From contig JADFYJ010000005.1 of assembly GCA_015233115.1 (NCBI GenBank), positions 86,359 to 150,358 on the forward strand: a stretch of 64,000 bases of DNA, read 5' to 3'. Each line of letters opens with the position of its first letter. Position 1 is the first letter of the stretch. The DNA is from Candidatus Omnitrophota bacterium (GTDB lineage Bacteria > Omnitrophota > Gorgyraeia > Zapsychrales > Zapsychraceae). A program made the translations under genes and the position numbers. Positions 38,841 to 47,475 of this stretch are shown here, piece by piece. The notes under the pieces were generated by a model. It was not told the origin of the DNA, did not search any database, and saw nothing but the letters and a program-made list of their open reading frames with translations.

Positions 38841-39836
38841 TTATGGAACCGGCACTTCATTAAAAATTCGCGTCACCACATCTTCAGAAGTTTTTTCTTC
38901 CGCTTCAGCTTCATACGTGACAATCACGCGGTGGCGCAAAACATCCATTCCAATAGACTTCACATCCTGCGGAGTCACATAGCCTCTGCCCTGCAAAAAA
39001 GCATACGCTTTCGAAGCAATGGTTAAATTGATCGTGGCGCGCGGAGATCCGCCGTACTGAATCAATCCTTTAAGATCATTTAATTTGTATTTTTCCGGAT
39101 AACGGGTCGCGTCGACGATATCCACAATATATTTCTGCACTTTATCATCCACATAAATATCATCGACGACACTGCGGGCGCGTAAGATCTGCTCCGGCGT
39201 CATGATCGGCAACACCTCAATCGTGTGGGATGTAAAACTCATTCTTTTGAGAATTTCCAATTCTTCTTCTTTTGTAGGATACGTCAGCTTGACTTTAAGC
39301 ATGAAACGGTCAACTTGTGCTTCAGGTAATCGATAAGTACCTTCTTGTTCAATGGGGTTCTGAGTCGCCAATACCATAAATAGATCGTCTAACTTCATGG
39401 TGTTGTTGCCCAGGGTAATTTGACGTTCCTGCATAGATTCGAGTAAGGCACTCTGAACTTTAGCCGGAGCACGGTTAATTTCGTCAGCCAAAATCAAATT
39501 TCCAAATAAAGGACCTTTTTGTATCCTAAATTCCGTAGTTCTCTGGTCATAAATCAAAGTTCCAGTCAAATCAGCTGGAAGCATATCCGGAGTAAATTGA
39601 ATACGCTGAAATTTTGCTTGAATCGTTGACGCGAGAGTTTTAACAGCCGTTGTTTTGGCCAAGCCCGGTACGCTTTCAATCAGCACATGCCCATTCGCCA
39701 TTAATCCAACCAACAGACGGTCCAACAAATAACTTTGCCCAACAATAACCTTTTGACACTCAGACAAAATTTTTCTGACAAACGCGCTTTCATGCCGCAC
39801 CTTCTCATTTAATGCCGTGATATCCATAAAAGACAT
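38841..39836 (-). CDS. moxR: MoxR family AAA+ ATPase
   Basis: VPGLAKT, RIQFTPDMLPAD, LADEINRAPAKVQSALLE, ATQNPIEQEGTY; start moved to ATG 39836 behind AGGAG. Confidence 0.95.
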   Translation of the reverse strand: MSFMDITALNEKVRHESAFVRKILSECQKVIVGQSYLLDRLLVGLMANGHVLIESVPGLAKTTAVKTLASTIQAKFQRIQFTPDMLPADLTGTLIYDQRTTEFRIQKGPLFGNLILADEINRAPAKVQSALLESMQERQITLGNNTMKLDDLFMVLATQNPIEQEGTYRLPEAQVDRFMLKVKLTYPTKEEELEILKRMSFTSHTIEVLPIMTPEQILRARSVVDDIYVDDKVQKYIVDIVDATRYPEKYKLNDLKGLIQYGGSPRATINLTIASKAYAFLQGRGYVTPQDVKSIGMDVLRHRVIVTYEAEAEEKTSEDVVTRIFNEVPVP

Positions 39837-39855
39837 ATACGTTCTCCTTTTAAAT

Positions 39856-40133
39856 AGTAACCGAGTAACAAAGCAACCGCGTAACAAAAAAACAGAACAA
39901 CATCGTAATATTTTGACAATACAAAAACATTAAATTTTAAAAAAATAAAACATAGATATGACGTTACCAATAAAATATTTAATAAAACGAATAAAAGTTA
40001 AAAAATATATTTTCAAAATATTTTCAAATAAATAACATAATTTTATTATTGCGATATCATCAACGCCTTACCAACATCGCTTTACCATCAAGCGCTTTTT
40101 CTCTGTTACTCTGTTACTCGGTTACTTTGTTAC
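39856..40133. repeat. Tandem-arm inverted element, AGTAACAG type, about 210-nt A-rich spacer
   Basis: Left agtaaccgagtaacaaagcaaccgcgtaac, right ctctgttactctgttactcggttactttgttac, three tandem inner motifs 40058-40100. Confidence 0.88.
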
Positions 40134-40136
40134 GTA

Positions 40137-43100
40137 TTAATTAAAAAATACATCAACCCGTTCTACTTTACGGGAACGAATATCTAGTGCATATGGAGCA
40201 GTGAGCACCCCTGATTCTACAACGATCGGCTTTTTATTATTCATATACGTCAAATGGACTTCTTTAATTACAACCCGGTCTTTCCCATAGGTATTTTTTC
40301 TGCCCGGATTATGATATACCACGATCATGGATCCAAACAATGTAAACGCGTACGCATTTTTAGGAATTTCCACCATCCGCTGGTGGTTTAAACTGTCAAT
40401 ATAAGTCATCTCAGTTTTTTGTTCAGTAAAAATCCAACCCGGTAAAGCAGGACTAAATTCTAGCACTAAACCTTTTTTATTGTCAAGATAGAATGGTTTT
40501 TTTCCAACATTCATTAACATCCAAATATGCAGGAACTCCGCCGTGCTCCCCGATAAACGCGCCACAAACCCCTGGCCATGAAGATTAATATCTTGATGGG
40601 CGCTCGAAACCAAAAAGGATGAATTTTCCAAAATACTACGGCCATATACCTCCGGCTTCATAAAAGGCACCAACACCTGTTTAAAATTAGCGTAAAAATC
40701 ATCCGCTAAATCACAGCGCAATAACTCCAGCATCAACTTGTATTCCATATGTAGCCAGACGGATTCATTTTCGAGCCAACCAGCGGGAAAGACCCGGGAA
40801 CGTCCAATATCCGTCGAGCTGGAAGACAAATCCGCGTTCACTTTATACATCTTCAATTTTTTATCAAACAGGTCACTGCGTCGGACATCCTCATATAATT
40901 TCCGGGCTGAGTCACCTACTCCCTCTGTTCTTAACGCATGCACATAGCCTTCTAAAAACAAAGGCAGCCGGTGTAATTCAAATTTTTTGGGCCGAATTAA
41001 TTTTTTAGTTTTATCGATCAGCTCATATTCCTTAACTTCATGAAAAAAGTAAGTGGATAAAAATCCTTTTTCATCTTTTGCCAATTCAACGGCTTTAGTG
41101 GTCTTTGTTACAACCGCATTCAAAAAAGTCTTGATTTCTTTTAAAGTCATTTCCTGCTCATGACCTTGAATACCCTTGCGGACTTTCCCACGATAATGCT
41201 CTTTAATATCATTCGCTTTGGTCCAAAACGCCAAGGGGTTTGGTTCTAGTGATAACACATTTGTCAAACCTGAAATAAATGTGGCCAGCTCTTCGAAAAC
41301 CGTCACTTTGACTGTATCCGCTATACTTAACTCATTCACCGCATTGATTAAAAATTGCGCGAAGCGTTTGACTTCATAGGTCTCGCAGATTGATGAACCT
41401 AATAAGCCCGGCAAACCATTTAACGAATCGTACCAACTCGGTTTATCTGCCTCCATTTCAATTCCTATGTTACTAGGATCTAACGTCGCAACTTTATTGG
41501 CTAACAGGCAAAGCATTTTTACAAACAAATTAGTGCGATAAACAACACCGCCCCCATTCATAGTTTTGATCTTATGTTCAGCGACATCGCCGACTTCAGA
41601 CACTCCACCTTTGGCCACAGACGAATACTGCCTGACCCCTTTATCTGTCAGCACGTATCGTTTATCTCTAGGCAAAACATAGTGATCACTATGATAAAAA
41701 GAAAATTCTTTTCGATCAAACAAAACACCTTTGAGATCTTCCGGGTAAACACTCAAATAACTTTCAACCAAATCAAGATTATAAGCCCAATGGTCAATCC
41801 AAAATCCTTCGCCATGGTCAGCCATTTCATTTTTATGGCAAACTTCAAGAACCTTACCTAAAAATTCTTTTTTGTCGACGGTCAACTGAATATGATGCAG
41901 ATAAATAAACCGGAGAAGCTCTCCTGGTAAAAAAGATTTTTTTAGAAATTCGAGTAACTTCTCCTGATCCGAAGGCGCAGCGCTTCCGGCTAACACCGTC
42001 TTTATTTTTTCAACATCATTAACCAAAAAAGTCGTCCCTTTAATGATCAAAGGATTATAACCATCCGGCTGGATCAAATTAAGAAAATTCACCAAATGGC
42101 TGTCTTTAATGTCCGTGTTAAACCATACATCATTCCTGCGATTCTGGTTCACATCGCGGTAATTACCATTTCCCTGAGAATAAAATGTCGACGCCACAAA
42201 AAAATAATTATAATCACGTTCTAGATCACCATGTTTCCGGCTATAGACGTTGAAAGCCACGTCTCCGTCCGTTGTTTTTAAAGAAACGGGCAATCCGCCT
42301 CGTAAAATATTATCCAAAAATGTGTGCTGGCTATAAAGATCAAATTCAAGAGATGAGCTTTTGGTCAACGCGAAATTTTTTATCTGATCAATGAGCTCTT
42401 TATTCCGTGCGGCTTTTTGACTGATAAAATTTTCTCCTCCCACAACCTGCTGAACAATGCTGTTTAATTGCCCAACTTCATGAGCATATCCAAACAGAGA
42501 ACTAATCGTTTGTTCTCCTCCCGGTTCAATGACCGTGACCCAATGACTCATCGCCGACGGAGTCCGGTTGGCAGTCTGTTGTACCTCTGGAACTTTAAAA
42601 TCAGCCTTTAAAAATTCCGCGGGCGCGATGAAATCGTTACAATGATCAAATACAATGGCTGACTCAACCAAAGGCGGCAACAATACATTTTTCCCGCTTT
42701 CATTTTTAAAGCTAAAAAAGAAATTCCCTTCTTTAATCTCATTAACTTCCGGACGGTCTGCCACTTCCACATTCAAATGATAATAAGGTGCTTTATTGTC
42801 TAAATTTTGCACTTTCACCCAAGCCTCAACCGTACGGCACATATTTTTACTAACCCAATCATTAATCCCATACGGAATAATAACCGGCAAACCATCCACC
42901 ACTTCGATTTCGCGGCGCCTTGAACCCGTATTTTGAATGGTAACCCGGCGGACTAAACCAGCAAACGGCTCTTCCGGCAGTGTAAAATAATTAACTGTTA
43001 CAGTCATCTCCAAATCTTCATTTTTTTCAATGAGTGTCAAATCATGGGCCGTTATCGACATGGTCTGCGTGGTTTTATAATCCGTCCCTGGTAAAAAAGT

Positions 43101-43424
43101 CTGGAAAGGTTCCCAATAAATAGTTTTATCCGCATCTTTAATTTTAATAAAAGTTCGGAAGCCTTGCAACGAAGTCAGACGGTAAGATTTATTCGCGGGC
43201 TGAAATTCCATGATCGCTTTGTCTTTTGATTCAATCCCAAAACTAGCGATCCCCTGTCCGCGGTTGGTATAAAAAACCCACATCGGAATTCCCCAAAGTC
43301 CGGAAATTCCTGGGAAAAAATTACTGAAAGTTTTACTAAAATTATAATTTTCAATCAAAAAACTGCCATTATCCTGGTTTAAAAAATACCGTGCAGTTCT
43401 ATTCTGTTTGATCACTTCACTCAT
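40137..43424 (-). CDS. Large glycoside phosphorylase, probably GH161 beta-1,3-glucan phosphorylase
   Basis: NRGQGIASFG..KD..IMEF, YSRKHGDLERDYN, QGNGNYRDVNQNRR, WYDSLNGLPGL, GWLENESVWLHMEYK, RLSGSTAEF; start moved to ATG 43424; family assigned from recalled motifs. Confidence 0.72.
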   Translation of the reverse strand: MSEVIKQNRTARYFLNQDNGSFLIENYNFSKTFSNFFPGISGLWGIPMWVFYTNRGQGIASFGIESKDKAIMEFQPANKSYRLTSLQGFRTFIKIKDADKTIYWEPFQTFLPGTDYKTTQTMSITAHDLTLIEKNEDLEMTVTVNYFTLPEEPFAGLVRRVTIQNTGSRRREIEVVDGLPVIIPYGINDWVSKNMCRTVEAWVKVQNLDNKAPYYHLNVEVADRPEVNEIKEGNFFFSFKNESGKNVLLPPLVESAIVFDHCNDFIAPAEFLKADFKVPEVQQTANRTPSAMSHWVTVIEPGGEQTISSLFGYAHEVGQLNSIVQQVVGGENFISQKAARNKELIDQIKNFALTKSSSLEFDLYSQHTFLDNILRGGLPVSLKTTDGDVAFNVYSRKHGDLERDYNYFFVASTFYSQGNGNYRDVNQNRRNDVWFNTDIKDSHLVNFLNLIQPDGYNPLIIKGTTFLVNDVEKIKTVLAGSAAPSDQEKLLEFLKKSFLPGELLRFIYLHHIQLTVDKKEFLGKVLEVCHKNEMADHGEGFWIDHWAYNLDLVESYLSVYPEDLKGVLFDRKEFSFYHSDHYVLPRDKRYVLTDKGVRQYSSVAKGGVSEVGDVAEHKIKTMNGGGVVYRTNLFVKMLCLLANKVATLDPSNIGIEMEADKPSWYDSLNGLPGLLGSSICETYEVKRFAQFLINAVNELSIADTVKVTVFEELATFISGLTNVLSLEPNPLAFWTKANDIKEHYRGKVRKGIQGHEQEMTLKEIKTFLNAVVTKTTKAVELAKDEKGFLSTYFFHEVKEYELIDKTKKLIRPKKFELHRLPLFLEGYVHALRTEGVGDSARKLYEDVRRSDLFDKKLKMYKVNADLSSSSTDIGRSRVFPAGWLENESVWLHMEYKLMLELLRCDLADDFYANFKQVLVPFMKPEVYGRSILENSSFLVSSAHQDINLHGQGFVARLSGSTAEFLHIWMLMNVGKKPFYLDNKKGLVLEFSPALPGWIFTEQKTEMTYIDSLNHQRMVEIPKNAYAFTLFGSMIVVYHNPGRKNTYGKDRVVIKEVHLTYMNNKKPIVVESGVLTAPYALDIRSRKVERVDVFFN

Positions 43425-43446
43425 CCTTCGCCCTTTCACTGTTATC

Positions 43447-44229
43447 TTAATTTGGATTCTTAAGCATTCTGAAATAATTATAATATCCGGACAATTTAAC
43501 AACCATTTCAACAGGAGTATGGTCACGGCTGCTTAAACGGATTCTTTTCAATTCATACACATCATGATTAAAGCGGTCTGATCCCCGATTAGTCGCGAAC
43601 GCGGCCTTAAACCCCGCTTCTTGAGTCATACGTTTGATCGGATCGCTAAACCCTCCTATAGGATAAGCCAGAAAATTTATCGGCGCTCCTAAACGCTCTT
43701 CAATTATCTTCTTGCTTTCAAAAATTTCCCGACGTTGTCCAGCAATATCAAAATCCAGTAAATACGCGTGACTAACGGTATGGCTTCCAAAAGCAATGCC
43801 ATTTTTAGCCATTTCCCTGATGTTAGATTCAGATAAAAAACTTTTGTTTTCAAACGCGGACGCGATCAAAAAAATGGTAGCCGGAATTTTATATTTTTTC
43901 AAAATCGGATAAGCATATTGATAATTATTATAGTTTCCATCATCAAAAGTGATGGCCACTGTATTATGCGGCATCTTGCTCCCCGCCTTGATCCTGTCGA
44001 CTAATTCAGTTAAAGTAATGACATTATAATGATGCTTGCGGAGAAAAGACATCTGCCAATCAAATTCTTCTGGAGAAACCCAATTGGGCGCTTGATGATC
44101 CAACACCTCAACATTGTGATACATCAAAACCGGGACAGTATATTGATCCCAAACCCAAATAAAAAATCCGCATACAGAAATAAATAATACGGCAATCCCC
44201 AACAAAATAATTTTAACTACTTTTTTCAT
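43447..44229 (-). CDS. Polysaccharide deacetylase (CE4, IcaB/PgaB-like)
   Basis: N-terminal TM anchor, PVLMYH, ITFDDG, GSHTVSH, AYPIG; start moved to ATG 44229. Confidence 0.9.
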   Translation of the reverse strand: MKKVVKIILLGIAVLFISVCGFFIWVWDQYTVPVLMYHNVEVLDHQAPNWVSPEEFDWQMSFLRKHHYNVITLTELVDRIKAGSKMPHNTVAITFDDGNYNNYQYAYPILKKYKIPATIFLIASAFENKSFLSESNIREMAKNGIAFGSHTVSHAYLLDFDIAGQRREIFESKKIIEERLGAPINFLAYPIGGFSDPIKRMTQEAGFKAAFATNRGSDRFNHDVYELKRIRLSSRDHTPVEMVVKLSGYYNYFRMLKNPN

Positions 44230-44236
44230 TTTATTC

Positions 44237-44689
44237 CTAAACTGCAGACAACGCCGCTTTGACCAATTCACTAATCATTTTATTATCCGCACGCCCAGCG
44301 GCCTTAGCTACGACTTCTTTCATAATTCTTCCCATATCTTTCACCGTCACCGCGCCCATTTCTTTAACCACTTCCGCGACAATGATTTTAAGCTCATCTT
44401 CAGATAACTCCTGAGGCAAATATTTTTTTAATATCCCCATTTCCACCGTCTCTTTATCTACCAAATCAGGACGGTTACCCTGTTTAAATTGTTCGATCGA
44501 ATCCTGACGTTGTTTAATCTGTTTTTTAATAATAGCCACGACCTCCAAATCATCCAACTTTTCAACCCGTTTATCAATAATGACATTTTTAATCTGGGCC
44601 CGTAAAAAACTTAAGCATGAAGACGTGACAGAATTTTTATCCTTCATAGCTTGAACATAATCTTTTTGTATCTGCTGTTCTAAAAGCAT
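44237..44689 (-). CDS. yqeY: GatB/YqeY domain protein
   Basis: AMKDK, KQRQDSIEQF, YLPQELS, KDMGRIM, GRAD. Confidence 0.9.
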   Translation of the reverse strand: MLLEQQIQKDYVQAMKDKNSVTSSCLSFLRAQIKNVIIDKRVEKLDDLEVVAIIKKQIKQRQDSIEQFKQGNRPDLVDKETVEMGILKKYLPQELSEDELKIIVAEVVKEMGAVTVKDMGRIMKEVVAKAAGRADNKMISELVKAALSAV

Positions 44690-44706
44690 TTTATACTCCT
44701 TTTAAA

Positions 44707-44940
44707 AGTATGTAGTATGCGGTCTGTCGTATGTAGCAAAAACGATAAAACCGTAAAAAATAAAACCAGAAAAACACGCTTATATTATGCCATAACAACC
44801 GCTGTAAAAAGCGATGACTGATAAAAAAATTTCACAAAAATTTATTCGTTTTTTAATAGATAATTTACTAATTACCCAACAATTAATAGTTTCCCAGTCC
44901 TTCAATTCACACCACATACGACATACGACATACTACATAC
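44707..44940. repeat. Tandem-arm inverted element, TAGTATG type, about 175-nt spacer
   Basis: Left agtatgtagtatgcggtctgtcgtatgtag, right ccacatacgacatacgacatactacatac. Confidence 0.85.
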
Positions 44941-45166
44941 CATTTTTAATTTCATTTATATTAATTGTTTTGTTTCGTGATTTCAATCCTTTTATGATCT
45001 CGATATTTGTCTTCCTGACATCATAATAATCCGCTAAAAAATCAATGACTGCTTTATTAGCTTTGCCTTCCACAGCCGGCGCAGTCAAATGTAATTTCAA
45101 CTGTCCATTCTCGTCCTTCAACAAATTCTTTTTAGCACCAGGGGTGACTTTAATATTTATAATCAT
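44933..45166 (-). CDS. DUF167 (YggU-like) protein
   Basis: KVTPGAK, APAVEGKAN, G.KSRNK; start moved to ATG 45166. Confidence 0.88.
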   Translation of the reverse strand: MIINIKVTPGAKKNLLKDENGQLKLHLTAPAVEGKANKAVIDFLADYYDVRKTNIEIIKGLKSRNKTININEIKNGM

Positions 45167-45175
45167 AAATTTAAT

Positions 45176-45257
45176 CCGCGTGCCCAACACAAGGTTTGTG
45201 TTTAAACCGAATCACCGAGCGCCTGCCTGCCGGCAGGCAGGAGTTCAGCTCCGCTTA
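45176..45257. repeat. Truncated copy 3 of the hairpin element carrying a 20-nt palindromic insertion
   Basis: Matches the left half of 38690-38812 with CCTGCCTGCCGGCAGGCAGG inserted at 45222-45241. Confidence 0.88.
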
Positions 45258-46019
45258 CAATTCCGGTATCACCATCTCCCCCTGATGCTGTCTTAACCAT
45301 TTCTTCCGTTCGCGGTAATCGGGCATAAATGTTTCGACTTGCTTCCAAAAACGCGGAGAATGATTAGCTTCAATCAAATGACACAATTCATGCACTGCCA
45401 CATAATCAATAACTGCCAGAGGGGCTAAAACAACTTGCCAGTTTATATTAATAGAACGGTTTCCCTTATGGCAGTTTCCCCATACTCTTTTCTGAGTACG
45501 CACCGCTATGGTTTCAGGTTCGACCCCAATAATCCGGCTATAATGAAATATCCTTCCCCCCACAATTTCTTTAGCCTGCGCCTTATACCAATCAATCAAT
45601 AAATTACGGATCACCCCTTGAACCGCGTCTTTTGCGTCTCCCGCAACCTTAATATCCCATTTTACACCATCGAAGAACAGAACAGACCGACCTTCAGCTA
45701 TCTCGATAATCGACAATGGATATTTTGAACCCAAAAATAAAAACTCTTCCCCATGCTTGAATTCTTTGCTCCAACCCGCGCCACGCTGTTGAACTTCGGT
45801 CAATTTTGACCATATCCAATCCGACCGTTCGCGTATGAATTCATGGACCCCGTCTAATGAAACAGATACGGGTACCGACACTTTAACGCGGCATTGAGAA
45901 TCAACACTGATAGACAGACTCCTGCGTCTGGGGGAACGAGCTAAAGTATAATTCAGTTCTCCCTGAGGCGTTTTAACACAACAAGCCAGTTTGGCAACCG
46001 GACGAAAATATTTTCGCAT
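45255..46019 (-). CDS. YgjP/DUF45 family zinc-dependent metalloprotein (M48/SprT-like)
   Basis: RSPRRRSLSI, WGNC, IDYVAVHELCHL, NHSPRFW..V...MPDY. Confidence 0.88.
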   Translation of the reverse strand: MRKYFRPVAKLACCVKTPQGELNYTLARSPRRRSLSISVDSQCRVKVSVPVSVSLDGVHEFIRERSDWIWSKLTEVQQRGAGWSKEFKHGEEFLFLGSKYPLSIIEIAEGRSVLFFDGVKWDIKVAGDAKDAVQGVIRNLLIDWYKAQAKEIVGGRIFHYSRIIGVEPETIAVRTQKRVWGNCHKGNRSININWQVVLAPLAVIDYVAVHELCHLIEANHSPRFWKQVETFMPDYRERKKWLRQHQGEMVIPEL

Positions 46020-46046
46020 ATCTGTAACATACCAGAAACCGTAAAC

Positions 46047-46084
46047 AAAAAAACCAAAAAGTAATAAAACTTTTTGGTTTTTTT
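46047..46084. terminator. AT-rich terminator-like hairpin downstream of the PilZ gene
   Basis: aaaaaaaccaaaaagt-aataaa-actttttggttttttt. Confidence 0.55.
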
Positions 46085-46093
46085 ATTTTATCA

Positions 46094-46113
46094 GGGCGGT
46101 TCGTAAACCGCCC
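46094..46113. repeat. REP-like palindrome
   Basis: gggcggtt-cgta-aaccgccc, related to the palindromes at 14870-15178. Confidence 0.65.
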
Positions 46114-46118
46114 ATAAA

Positions 46119-46163
46119 CAATCGCTTTTTCATTGTCACATTGTTACATTGTCACACTGTCAC
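46119..46163. repeat. Inner motif plus right arm of an AATGTGAC-type element
   Basis: caatcgcttttt-cattgtcacattgttacattgtcacactgtcac. Confidence 0.8.
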
Positions 46164-46166
46164 GCT

Positions 46167-47276
46167 TTACTTTACAACCTGCACATCAATATTAACTTTT
46201 TTGCCGCTTTCTGTTTGTGATTGATTTAAATCCCCTGACTTGTAACGCCCTTCATCAACCTTGACAGCTTGCCCACCTTTAAACAAAAATCCATTATTTC
46301 CCAAAACCGTACGAGCATGATCGCGTTCGCGTAAGGCTTTATGTTGAATTTCGTCTGCATCTTGCTGAAATTTGTGGATCTTTGATTTAACTAATCTCAT
46401 CCGGTCTTTGTAAAGGCGAATGAGTTCTTTTCCTTCAGGAATATTATTGATTTCACCTTCGTAATAACGGACTTTTCCATTTAATGTTTCAACTTCAGTC
46501 GTTAATTTTGCGTTTTTCTCATTTAACAATGCCAGATTTTGGTTAAATTCTTCTGTTAATTTAGCATTTTGCTCGGTCATTTGCCGGACTTGCTCCTGCA
46601 GTTGAGTATTTGCTGTTTTTTCTTGAGCTAATTGCTGTTGGGCCTGCGCCAACATGGTTTGAGTTTCCGCGAGAGCCGCTTTCGTTGTTGCCAGCTCTTT
46701 AGTAACCACTTCCAATTGTTGTTTAGTTTCTGTATACAATTGATGATAAGTTTGGGTTAATTTTGTCTGACCATCAATCGCTACTGTTAAATTTTGAGTC
46801 GTCTTGTTCAAACTGTTGTAAATTGAACCGCTGGTCCATACTGAATAAACCACAATCCACGCTAAAAAAATTGACGCAGCAACATTTAAAACAATCAGCC
46901 AGCCGCGCATTTTCTTTTCTTTTTCAATACCATCTTGAACTCGGCGGCGTAACGCATTCGCCAAATCTTCAGAAACATTTTCAAACTTAATGCCCCAATA
47001 ATGTTTGCTGTCATTTTTAGGTTTTGACCAGATCACGCGTCCTTGAGATGGAACAACACCAAAATCCCCTTCCTTGGCACGAAAATTAAAATTCCCGTTC
47101 ATACTTGAATCGTGTGGGGCATCAGTCTCTAACAACATGCCGGACGCACTAATGTTGCGCATACTGCCTTTTCCCTGAGCCGCCCCGCCCTCTTGCGACC
47201 AAAGAATATCTTTTTTTTCTTTTACGCGCACATCCATACGCGACTCGTTTAAAATAGTACTGACACGATTTGCCAT
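46167..47276 (-). CDS. PilZ-domain membrane protein with long coiled coil
   Basis: R...R and NISASG motifs, GRVIW, WGIKF; single TM; Q/E/K-rich heptads. Confidence 0.72.
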   Translation of the reverse strand: MANRVSTILNESRMDVRVKEKKDILWSQEGGAAQGKGSMRNISASGMLLETDAPHDSSMNGNFNFRAKEGDFGVVPSQGRVIWSKPKNDSKHYWGIKFENVSEDLANALRRRVQDGIEKEKKMRGWLIVLNVAASIFLAWIVVYSVWTSGSIYNSLNKTTQNLTVAIDGQTKLTQTYHQLYTETKQQLEVVTKELATTKAALAETQTMLAQAQQQLAQEKTANTQLQEQVRQMTEQNAKLTEEFNQNLALLNEKNAKLTTEVETLNGKVRYYEGEINNIPEGKELIRLYKDRMRLVKSKIHKFQQDADEIQHKALRERDHARTVLGNNGFLFKGGQAVKVDEGRYKSGDLNQSQTESGKKVNIDVQVVK

Positions 47277-47429
47277 AGAATAAACCTCCTTAATTGAACT
47301 TAGGACATGTTCTTAATTCCAAAAACCTCTCAGATTAAGTGCGTGTCCCCATTAACAAACAGGGTCGACAAAAACAGATTATTTTTAATTGTCAAGTAAT
47401 TTTCGTATAAAAATAAAAGTTGGTGATTA

Positions 47430-47458
47430 AGTATATCCTATTATTTTCAATATGGCAA
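47430..47458 (-). promoter_or_regulatory. Putative sigma70 promoter of the PilZ gene
   Basis: Minus strand TTGCCA-N17-TATACT. Confidence 0.5.
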
Positions 47459-47475
47459 GTTTTTTGGCTTTTCTC

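Noticed and set aside
43425-43526. Long apparent gene overlaps from upstream starts (phosphorylase, deacetylase, moxR, lpxB, AsmA)
   Set aside because: Downstream ATGs remove the overlaps or repeat-derived extensions and give typical N-termini.
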